The notes under the pieces were generated by a model. That model was given only the letters and a program-made list of their open reading frames with translations. It did no database searches and was not told where the DNA came from. DNA of 64,000 nucleotides from Paragordius varius (taxonomy: Eukaryota; Animalia; Nematomorpha): contig OZ176058.1 of assembly GCA_964247055.1 (NCBI GenBank), positions 930,001 through 994,000 of the forward strand, read 5' to 3'. The translations under genes were made by a program, and so were the position numbers. Positions within the stretch are counted from its first letter, which is position 1. The number at the start of each line of letters is the position of its first letter. This document shows, piece after piece, positions 54,400-64,000 of the stretch.

Positions 54400-56256
54400 G
54401 CAGAATAAATACATATACCGTATACTAAATCAATCGTTTTCAATCAAAATAAATCCTTACCCTGAGTATTCTTCATTTATCTTCTCGGTCGTAATACTTA
54501 AAATTATGAATCCGTTTTGGAAATGTTTATCACTTCGTTCGGGTGTAAAAGAAAATTTATAAAATGTAGCATTTTTTGCCTCTAAAGTTTTTTCATTCAT
54601 AAAGTTGTTTAATATAATGAAAGTGGATGCGGAGATATTTTGTTTCGGTTTCCTAGTGAGTAGCGTTCGTGTTGGCTTCGTTTCCTAATTGTCAAAATGT
54701 TAATTACACTTTATTTTATTTTAACTGAAGAGGATTGTTTTGGTCAAAAATATACGTTTAAAGCCATACACAACTATTAAAAGAAATGTACAACCCTTCT
54801 CAGGTTTTTACAACCAATTTTTACATATAGCATATTTTTTAATAATCTATATTGTTTACCACTTCCTACTGTGTTTAAATAGCTGTTGTATGATGGTTTA
54901 TATATTTTATTTTATACACAGTTACTCTTTTTCTAATTATAAAGGTAGTTTTTTTGAGAGTGAACTCATTTTAATGGTTTTGTTAATGCATTAATATGCT
55001 AAATCACCTTATTTTAATAACTTCAATTATCGAGCAACACTATGTTTGAATGCCTTTTTAGCTAATTTAGATCAAAACGTATTTATGTTTAATTTTATAG
55101 TCTATATAAATTGAACCAGTCAGTATACTGGGTGCGTCTTTAAAGTCTGGTCAAAATTTTACAATTTTTTATCATCGGTTCTGATCAGATGAATGTGTAA
55201 AGCTTCATAAGTTTGCACCCTTATTAACCAATAAAAGTGAGAATAAGAAACAAAAACACCAATTGAAAATAGATTCAAACGTGATATAAAATATTTGTTT
55301 AAGCGAGATCCTGTGAACGCGCGTTTTTACCACAATAAATGTTATTAATTAACAAAGTAATAATACTATAAAAGGTCTACTTATTTTTTGTGTTTAATTT
55401 CTTTTATGTAAAAAAAATATTGGGACTTACACTACGGAGTTGAAGTTGTATCTTTTTCTCTGCAAAGTCGCTAACATTTTTAGTATCAGGGTGTAATTTT
55501 GTGACAAAACTGGTATTTTCATTCAAGAGCCAATAAATAGATGTCATCGACGAGTTATATGCATTTGGGGTGCATGTTTTCCACTATAGAAACGATACAA
55601 TACATAAATTGAAAATTTTATATAGACAAAACATAATATTAAAAGGCAATTTTGTATGGTTGTATTTCAGAAAATAATATTGATCTTTATATTTTTATGG
55701 TTTGTCCGTATAATTTTAATTTTATTTGTAAATTTCACTCTCCAAAACCTAACTACAAAATTATCTTAAAAATCCCACGAGACAACCGGGAGGAATAAGT
55801 TTCTCTATAAAACCGCTAACTGTCGATAATCTACTACTTCAATAATATCAAATTAATCGCAAAAGGAAAAACATAATTTGCCAAAAAATCCAATCATATA
55901 ATAGATTAATAAATTGTGTGGCTATCTAGGTTTGAAAAGGTAGTATGGTTGTTTATTAAAACTTTTTGGCTTTTAGTTTTTATGTTAGCGTATATCCATT
56001 TTAACCGCCTTATTTTGTGGTAGTTTTATCACAAAGTATGGCTTTTACAAAAGTAGTTAAGTAAAAATATTTTACCGGAGTCTCAACTTTGCAATGATCA
56101 TCTTTCCATATCAAACTCAACCGTTGAGGGAGACTATATAGAAATTAAATATAAAATTTACTGATCCTTATCGTATTGAAGCAACATCCCGTGATATGTA
56201 ACGTTACAACGATATTTTACGGCAACTTCTTTTCGTCTAATTAGATTGCGCCACAT
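50621..56256 (-). CDS. Spliced gene encoding an N-terminal NT-C2 (EEIG1/EHBP1-type) domain followed by a repeated low-complexity Pro/Ser/Lys-rich region; 758 aa if the frameshifted repeat exon is skipped
   Basis: Exons 56256-56162, 56133-56076, 55583-55431, 54684-54461, 54269-54232, 53929-53393, 53071-52694, 51729-51361 and 51045-50621 all have GT/AG boundaries with matching phases and sum to 2277 nt (759 codons including stop). The N-terminus MWRNLIRRKEVAVKYRCNVTYHGMLLQYDKDHLPQRLSLIW...IYWLLNENTSFVTKL...DFAEKKIQLQLRSE resembles the EHBP1 N-terminus as recalled (VWKRLQR...KFQFVASY...PDKLVVVW...VVWPVPENIEITVTL...EFEDKEWTFVIENE). Orthology not verified. Confidence 0.8.
51361..51729 (-). CDS. 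Tandem repeat exon copy 4
   Basis: 369 nt open (in-frame 9-nt deletion), same acceptor and donor, phase 1-1. Confidence 0.72.
52021..52397 (-). pseudogene. Tandem repeat exon copy 3 carrying a 1-nt deletion frameshift
   Basis: 377 nt; CTCAAAAGGAAAGG in place of CTCAAGAAGGAAAGG; ORF 52162..52467 shifts into a junk frame; splice signals intact. Confidence 0.7.
52694..53071 (-). CDS. Tandem repeat exon copy 2 (DNSRIDTSWPPTQ...AICN-G)
   Basis: ataatag|AT acceptor, 378 nt open, phase 1-1. Confidence 0.72.
53393..53929 (-). CDS. Exon 6: unique 5' part plus repeat copy 1 (AVNHFEEDNP...TICN-G)
   Basis: tttgtag|CT acceptor, 537 nt (179 codons) open (ORF 53373..53939), donor AATG|GTAATA, phase 1-1. 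Confidence 0.8.
54232..54269 (-). CDS. Exon 5, a 38-nt micro-exon (SSHHLQNNTDSS)
   Basis: tttatatag| acceptor and G|GTATAT donor; converts phase 2 to phase 1, which is what is needed to join exon 4 to exon 6. Confidence 0.7.
54352..54396. repeat. (AT)n microsatellite in intron 4 of the NT-C2 gene
   Basis: Perfect run. Confidence 0.95.
54461..54684 (-). CDS. Exon 4 of NT-C2 gene (ETKPTRTLL...FIILSITTEKINEEYS-G)
   Basis: caattag| acceptor, 224 nt open, phase 0 to 2, donor GG|GTAAGG. Confidence 0.82.
55431..55583 (-). CDS. Exon 3 of NT-C2 gene (WKTCTPNAYNSSMTSIYWLLNENTSFVTKLHPDTKNVSDFAEKKIQLQLRS)
   Basis: tttctatag| acceptor, 153 nt open, phase 0 to 0, consensus donor GTAAGT. Confidence 0.85.
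56076..56133 (-). CDS. Exon 2 of NT-C2 gene (LPQRLSLIWKDDHCKVETP)
   Basis: ttctatatag| acceptor, 58 nt, phase 2 to 0, donor CCG|GTAAAA. Confidence 0.8.
56162..56256 (-). CDS. Exon 1 of NT-C2 gene (MWRNLIRRKEVAVKYRCNVTYHGMLLQYDKD-H)
   Basis: ATG at 56256, open for 95 nt, ends phase 2 at CA|GTAAAT. Confidence 0.75.
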
Positions 56257-57699
56257 AGTATCAATTTATTCCGAAAAATATAATTGGAAAAGTTTAGGAT
56301 TAGATTGGAGTGCCGATAAAGGATCACCGATAAGAAAGTTTTGTCCGTTTGTATTTATAAACAATTTCAGGCAATAATCAAGAGTGGAATAATAGAAAGC
56401 ATTACGAATTCGTTATTATTTAATTTTTGAATAATGTTTAGAATTTTTATGATTGTTGTTGTAAAAATATAATTATTAATAACCCTCACTTTAACAATCA
56501 ATTTTAATTTACATAGATTTGACATCATAAAATCTCTTAACGTTAATATATAAATGTTGTAAATAAAATTATATTAATTGAAAATCTTAGATTATATCAC
56601 AAAATATACCATAACCATTAAAGTTTGTAATATTTTGAAAAAAACGGACCGTAATGTTTTTAAAATGCAAATGAAAACTCCTAAACCAAGTTATTTTATT
56701 TAAGTAGGGGTGTCCAACACAAGGCCCCCGTTTCTTTTCGTGACTTCGAAAAGTTTGAAAAACCAAATAAAGCAAATACTTAGTTGAATATAAAATTAAA
56801 AGCATACCCTTTACATATATTTTGGTATTCGTATCATATACTCCTTAATTTCATAAACACGATTATTTATTTATAAACAATATTTTTTGAGCTATTAGAT
56901 TTAGATAAATAACTTATTTCCTTAAAAGGTTAATTTGGTAAATAACGACAATTGATGGAATAAACATCGTTAATTTCTCAGTCTTATGTTTCAATAAATT
57001 ATATATTGGTATCCATAGGTTTGAAGTTTTTAAATGCGTCTCCGCAAGATTTTTTGATTCGAATGCTGCAAGCGAAGCCATTTTTTCCAACCCCTGATTT
57101 GATGTAATGCTGAGTGTTTTTAAAATGGTTATGTTCTGATAGATAAATGCATCAGGATTATCATAGTGCTTTAGATTTTGTTTACGACTGATAGAAAGTT
57201 GTTTGCATTTTTGTGGTAAATGCTGGATATCGAAACATCGCAATACTAGCGCACATTATATCAAATAATTTTTTTGGTAAAAGTTAAATGCTTTGTACTA
57301 AAAATACATTGAAACATATGATATATTATATTTCGAAAGCAAAATAATTGTTTTATATATTTTTTTATAAAAAATGTGGGGTTCACCATAATTTTTCGCC
57401 CTTTAAATACGCAATACTTACGAATGCTAGGTTATGGCATCAAAAACATATTTTTGAAATAATGCACATTTTGTTCAAAAATTTAATTTTTAGCAAAATT
57501 TGTTGAAGTGTACCTTAAATTTGGTGGAAACTGCATAAGTCTTAAGTATGGTAATAAAATGAAAAAAATTATTCTTAACAAAACAACATGTTAACATATA
57601 ATATTGTGACTATGATCAAGCAAATTTGCACTCCTTTTTAATTTTAAAAAAAGATGAGATTCTTCCTTCGAGACTATATTTATTAATTTATTCATATAT

Positions 57700-58079
57700 T
57701 AAAAATCAAGGTGCTTTTCTGTTCTTGAATATTCTTTGATGATTATGTAAATATCTGGTTGTGTTATCGATAAACTCAACAAGTTTTGCAAATTTTCATC
57801 CGACAACCTCGTTCTATATTTTGATTTTTATATACCAATAAATCAAAAATGTCCCTGAGCATGTTTATGCGCAATATGAATATTTAAAAGTATCTGGTGA
57901 AATAAATAATTACATGCTAGATCTTCTGAAAAAGTTGTCCTTACATTTACAGGCTGCGTTTCGGCAGGCTTACGGTCAAACATTAATTTAATCATTAAAT
58001 TTTTCTAAATGCTTTGCCAGGCTATATAAAACCACGGTGAGCCAAGTTTGACTCACGAGCCCCAGATTGCCGACCTCTG
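57700..58079 (-). mobile_element. Internally deleted hAT element remnant
   Basis: Terminus CAGAGGTCGGCAA...GGCTCGTGAGTC; C-terminal peptide KSKYRTRLSDENLQNLLSLSITQPDI; a possible partner end TAGGGGTGTCCAAC near 56705. Confidence 0.7.
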
Positions 58080-58198
58080 CTTTAGGATATTATAATGTTT
58101 AATTAGATAACAATATTATATTCTATGCATAACATTGTTTTTTCAAATTTTAAACCATAAATACAATATTGGATTCATTCCAAATATATGATATAATT

Positions 58199-60695
58199 CA
58201 GAGGTTGCCAAACGGTTTACCGCGATCTACTTCGGAATGAAATTTAAAAATAAATGTAAAAAATATTTTCGCCTTTTTCCACAAAACTATAACATATTTT
58301 TTAAATTTATTTTTATTTTATGTTTATTCACTTGTAAAAAATATATATTTAACTAAGTTTAAGAATTTAATAATAATATACATATATATATTTAATAAAT
58401 CTTTTAAACTTTAAATCATTTTTCCTTATACAGTTCAAATTTAAGGAAAAAGAAAGCAGTATCCTTTAAACTTATATTTAATAGTGTGATTAATCAAGCT
58501 AGAAGTTAAGATTTGTTATAGAAATGAATGGAAGAAATGAAATGATAAATGTGCATGTTTGATATGCAGCTCTACTCGTCGTTCACTTAAAAAAGCAAAA
58601 GATTAAAGATGTCATATTAAGCCTCACGTGAACTATCAAATTTACAAATCAATTATTCGCAAAGCAATTGAAAGAACAGCTAAATACTACACTGTGTTGT
58701 GAAATTCAGCAAAAATAAATATTCCATAATTGTGACTTTCAAAATATCAGAAATATTAATAAACAACAATGCTTTTCAGGACTTAGTAAGGAAAAGTTCT
58801 AGTATATATATGTATATGTATATATTTGATATTACAATATACCCTTGAATATTCCATATTAATAATATAAATAATGTGTTTTCCGGCGAATATAGCTCAT
58901 CTTCATATGTATATATCGTTAGTTTATTTTTTCAATAAAATATTAATTTTTATAATCAAATAATTAGTTTTAAACAATAGTTTAATGATTTACTTTTTAT
59001 GGTTAATAGTTAATAATTTATATCTAAAAAAAATTAGTTAAATATTTTTTTGGAAATTAATTTATGGGAATTATATATTTTTTTGGTATTAAATTATTGG
59101 GGCGAATCTTGGATTATGCTTCAATTTGCGTTAAATTTTTCTAATTTAGCAAACAATATATATCAAATATAACAATGCAGTAAAAATTAATATATTTCAA
59201 ATCTAAAAAATAAATTTTTAAGAAATTATACTTTACTTAGATGTTTTTTGCGACATTTTTGAAAATAAAGCATCTAGCTCTCATTTATTTATGATTCAAT
59301 TTTGAATTCTAACTTTTTTGTAACAAACATATATAGAGTTATAAGCATCCACGTTTTTATTTTAAATTAATTTAAATATTTTGGAAGCTTTTGCACAAAA
59401 GTCTGACTATTACATAAGTTTTAGATCAATCGTCAACTTACTCTGTTTTTCATCGTTAAATTTGATTCTAAAGTCGGTCGGGACATATACTTCATAAAAT
59501 ATATATCCAAATGCAAAATTAAGAATATTGATAAACTTATTATTTCATTAATACGCTTATTTTTATGGTAATAGATCTTATTCAGTTGTTTATTTAAACT
59601 TAAAAAATTACTGTAGAATACCTATTATCAGCTGTTAATGTATTTTGAATTTTTTTATTCATTTTCATATATGTAATTTGTCCATATTTTTTGCAAGATT
59701 ACGGAGAGTCTGCAAAACCACAAACTAAATCTTTATCTTAATGCCATAAATTAATTAAATCTTTCCTCAAAACAATTGTTTTAGGGTTAAATATGCTCTA
59801 GATTTGGAATTAGGTATTTCTATTAAAACTAAGCATTATCAGCCATTTAAAAAAGATATGATTGATAAAAAGATTTATTTAATGTTATAATTCAAAAGAA
59901 TATATTTCTATGAGGTATCTTTATTCCGATTTTCAAGGATTAAAAATTAATGTATGTTCAAAATATAATCCAGTTATTAGATCGGTTATCATGCATATTT
60001 CGATCAGGCAATTCCTTTGATAGTAATCATCATTTAGAAAAAAGGGCATGAAAATATGCTTCTATATAAAAAATATATAAATTATTAAGCAAATATAACA
60101 TATATATATATCTTAAAATCATTTTATAACCTAATAAAGTCATTTAAATAAAAAAATATAATCTTACCCTTAAATTAATTATCTAGCTATGGGTTTTTTA
60201 ATAGAATTTAGATATTCAAAATGTGCCCTGATTCATTTTTAATGTGATTATCTAACAGTATATTCAAATCGTCCTATAAATAAAACAAACATGAACAAAA
60301 ATGCATCTATCGAAAACCGCCTATAACTAATTCGTTAAGGGCATTATATATTAGATGCCATGGGCTCAACATAGAACATAAATAGCCTCGCGTCCGCAAT
60401 CTAAACGTCGCTCCGGTCGCGTTTAAAAATATGATTAAATAGAATCGATTATTTCTATCCCAATTAAAAAAATATTACATAGCCAAATAACCGAACAATC
60501 GATGGGGCTTAAAAAATGGAGAAATTGATATTTCAAGAATTGAGAAGGAACACTCAAAAAATATTGTTAAAAGGAAAAGGGATATTAATTATCATTTAAT
60601 TTACTAGAATATATATTGTGATTTAATTTGGTTAGTATTTTTACTCGGGCAGAACAAATTATTACAGTTGCCCAGTCCGCGTGTTAGAACCCCTG
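58199..60695 (+). mobile_element. Possible decayed hAT element
   Basis: CAGAGGTTGCCAAAC left end, AACCCCTG right end, weak MGST/SLRSRL remnants at ~60355-60430. Confidence 0.4.
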
Positions 60696-61343
60696 GTTCT
60701 AAACAGTAGCCGCCAATATATTATAGAACCGGTGCCTAAATCTTTGATTTCCTCTGTTTGTACAAATAAGACGGAAAACTAATATATAAAAGTTTATAGC
60801 ACTCAAAACATTATGCAGCCCCTTACTATGGAAGCCATTGCATAATGGCATGATATTTAGGGATTTGTTATGTAATTGATGATTATAATAATCGAGGTAT
60901 AAATAGTTAATTGTAACATGTATTAATAATATTTTTGAAATCTTTAACATTTGTTATACATAAATGTAATTATGATTTAGCCGATGATTACACCATTAAT
61001 TTTTATTTAATCAGTCTATTTCTTTGACTATCTAGCAGCTCCTTGTCTTCTGTTTCTGCCTTACTTAATTAAAAAACCTATATTTTAAGAATTTAAGTAA
61101 TTTTAGGTTAAATAGAATAAACAGAGAAGGGCCATTACTGTCAAATTAGTGTTTTGGATTCCATATTGTGCACTAAGCGAAACGTTATAAAGGCGAAAAG
61201 TGATGCGTAAATTATGCAGTCTATAAACGGGATAATTGATAGGCCTTTCCCATGAAACGCGAAATTGTGTTTGATGCAAACAAACTTGAATGTTTCGCAT
61301 TAATGGGTGTGCTAAATATTTACAAGTGCATTTTAATTGATGC

Positions 61344-61516
61344 CTTATTTCACACTATAGTGGGCCAATTTGCAACACAGTAGTTTATGGAAAAAAACAA
61401 TAAATTGATAAAAACAAAAATAATGTAAGAAAGGGAAAAATTGATATTTAACATATTTTGTTGTTTTGTCCATACACTCTTGTGTTGCAAATTGACCAAC
61501 TTTAGTGTGAAATAAG
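61344..61516. mobile_element. Small MITE-like hairpin
   Basis: CTTATTTCACACTA..CCAATTTGCAACACA versus TGTGTTGCAAATTG..TAGTGTGAAATAAG. Confidence 0.6.
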
Positions 61517-62961
61517 CAACCATTAAAATGCATACTGTAAACACATAACAAATATATAAGCCTTAAATTAAAATAAATTCTTATAAATTAGTTGACTTTT
61601 TTATGAAGAATATTAACCATTAATATTAAACAACAATTTTTTAAAGTAATTTTCAATTTAGTGTTTATCAATTATTTTATTCATATATTTAAAATTAGGT
61701 AAATCATATAATTAGAAAAAAACAAATTTTACGGTAACATTTGTTAATTTATAGAATTGAAAATTTTAGAAATATTACAGTATGCAAATTATTGTTGTCA
61801 CTTCACATTATTGTTAGCCAATTGTAATCAGTAGTGTATATAAAACAAATTTTGTCCATAATTTTTAAAAATTTACCCATATGCTACTGTTTTCCAACTG
61901 GCTAAAAATAATGAATAGCACCCAATTATAAAACTGTTTTTATTACCGAATTCTAAAATGTTTTGTAGGTAAAATAATATTTTAAAGTAAATACCTAATT
62001 TCACAAATTTTTCTATACCAGTGCCTCGAACTAAATTTAAATAATCATAAACAATTGAGTGTGAAATTAAGTTGATATTTATTTAATTTTTTTTAAAAGA
62101 TTGCCAAATTTTAACCCATAAATGTGTCGATAGTGGGAAACTTTAAAACATTGCGGTAATTATTGATGGAAGTATAAAAAGCAGTTGTGTGCAGAGTGTA
62201 AGGCACATATGGGTCCAAATTGGTTATCTGAATTTCAATAGGTTATAAAATTTTATAATTGGTTGGATCTGGTTTAAGTTAAAAATTTATCCTTTAAATT
62301 AATTTAATCGAAATGTAAATGGCTAGGCTTCATTAACAAATGATGTAACCGATTTTGGAGAAATGCGGGTTAAGCTATCCGTGTTAGATTCAAACATTTC
62401 GAATTAATATTAAAAGATAAACATATTTTATCATTGAAAATATTTTCCTTTCTGTTTTTTAAAAAAACCTTGATTTAAAATACTTGGCCTTTACATGAGG
62501 CTTCATATATAAATTAAAATATGTTGATTAATTTTTGTTATAAATAAAATCAAAGACCTAAATAATAAAATTGGAAAAAAAAATTGTAAGATATTTGATA
62601 TATAATAACTGTTTAATTTGCAATATAGTAAATTTAATGGAAACCTAAGGATTATTATATGGTAATATCAAGTAAATTTTGAAAATAAGCTTAGCCTTGT
62701 TATGTTTCACTAAATATAGAAAGGTATGTTAATAAAATGTTTTTAAAGATAAATCTGTTTTAAACTATGAATCAATTTTTAATTAAATATTGATATATAG
62801 TTTTGTATAATACTGCAAAATTGAAAGCTACATAATTGGTAGCTAAAATAATTATGAAGTTAGATCGAATCCCGAAGGTGTAAAAAAATTATCTCTTTAA
62901 TTTAAATTTATATAAACACAGAAGCACATCAATTAATTTTGATTATTTGGTCCTTTAATGA

Positions 62962-63139
62962 TTAAAGTTGCTTATTTTTATTAAGGAATAAATTTAGATG
63001 TGACAGTTTTGCGTTAGGATTATTGGTTTCTAGTTCCATATATATCTTAAAATCTTTTTTGCAAAATTTCATTCCGTTTCCATCCGTATTAGACTCTTTA
63101 CGGATTTCGCTGTCAAATAGGTCTGAATTTAGTGCCATC
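62962..63139 (-). CDS. Possible terminal exon of the second gene (MALNSDLFDSEIRKE...NKQL*)
   Basis: tgtccatatag| acceptor, open in phase 2 to TAA; the linking exon near 63334-63407 is ambiguous. Confidence 0.4.
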
Positions 63140-63451
63140 CTATATGGACAAAACACATTTAATTAATGCATTTATGGTCAAAAAATATTTAATTTAAATA
63201 CCAAAAATTTTGTTCTCTGTAAAATCAAAAAAGCTACCTTTTTATCTCAAACAAACCGAAAAACGGGATAAAAACATAGCAACCATTGCTTTAAATCTAA
63301 CATTTTATAAAATGAAATTCCGATTCTAAAATGGTTACAAACAAACCCAATAAGTCCGATTCCACAAATCAAAAATTATGATATTGTGCTTTGTTTAATC
63401 CATATAGCTAAAACAAAAACATATCAATTGAATACGCATTAAATAACATAC

Positions 63452-63623
63452 ATTAAAATAGGAGGACAGCTCTCCTACAACATTATGAATAGTATTGTTG
63501 GCTGTGAATCGGAATTCATTTGATAATGTTTTGTTAAATTGATATCCTGGTATAGTTTTAAACGGAAGATAATTTGCAACATGCACTGTGAACACTGTGT
63601 GGTTATTGGTATAATTTTTTTCA
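63452..63623 (-). CDS. Probable internal exon of a second gene of unknown product (EKNYTNNHTVFTVHVANYLPFKTIPGYQFNKTLSNEFRFTANNTIHNVVGELSSYFN)
   Basis: tttttaccataag| acceptor, 172 nt open, donor AAT|GTATGT. Confidence 0.55.
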
Positions 63624-64000
63624 CTTATGGTAAAAATATTGACAAAACGATAATGATTAGAATTTTCTGCGCATTCTAATATAATGTGAAATATTTTATT
63701 TTCCTATTTAATACGGTAATTATACATTAGTTTATTATTTTCGGAAAGCATATGCAAAGGGAATATGTGTTGGTTTTATAATTTGATGACATTTTACTGC
63801 CATTTAAGTTCAATTTTGTGTTTATGAAAATATTAAATAAAAAAACTAGCAATAAAAATCGAGTATCATATTTTTTGTTGAATAGTAATTATAAGCTTTA
63901 AGTAATACTAATTTTTAACCCATTGTCTGCTGCAAGCGATTAAAATATATGTAGAAAAAATGGTTAAAAAATTTGATATAAATTTATGCGCCCTAAAGGC

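Noticed and set aside
56914-57243. 109-aa minus-strand ORF upstream of the NT-C2 gene
   Set aside because: No convincing family motif or splice link; lies among hAT remnants
61103-61300. 65-aa ORF with a VSWxxP segment suggestive of fibronectin type III
   Set aside because: Too short, no clear splice sites and no other conserved residues

Overview
Very AT-rich eukaryotic (probably animal) genomic DNA. The left ~49 kb is a decayed segmental-duplication mosaic. One multi-kb monomer recurs in tandem on the + strand (1 to ~21100) and in inverted orientation (~21200-23290 and ~30300-48680), with copies roughly 75-85% identical by eye. It is riddled with old shared MITEs and carries copy-specific insertions: a young 5'-truncated RTE retroposon with an intact RT ORF (16950-18597), a 2.3-kb foldback element with ~840-bp nearly perfect arms and a TTA target duplication (3921-6204), and a Penelope-like fragment (GIY-YIG) bracketed by inverted terminal repeats that each carry a minimal hammerhead-ribozyme core (34678-35901). 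The right part holds a spliced minus-strand gene that the ORF track largely misses (ATG 56256, stop 50621). By hand it assembles in frame into an EHBP1/EEIG1-type NT-C2 domain protein with a 28-nt first intron and a five-fold tandem array of symmetric phase-1 exons, one of them frameshifted. hAT remnants, a Helitron-like 3' end and probable exons of a second gene at the right edge complete the window. All alignments and translations were done by eye; no database searches were run.
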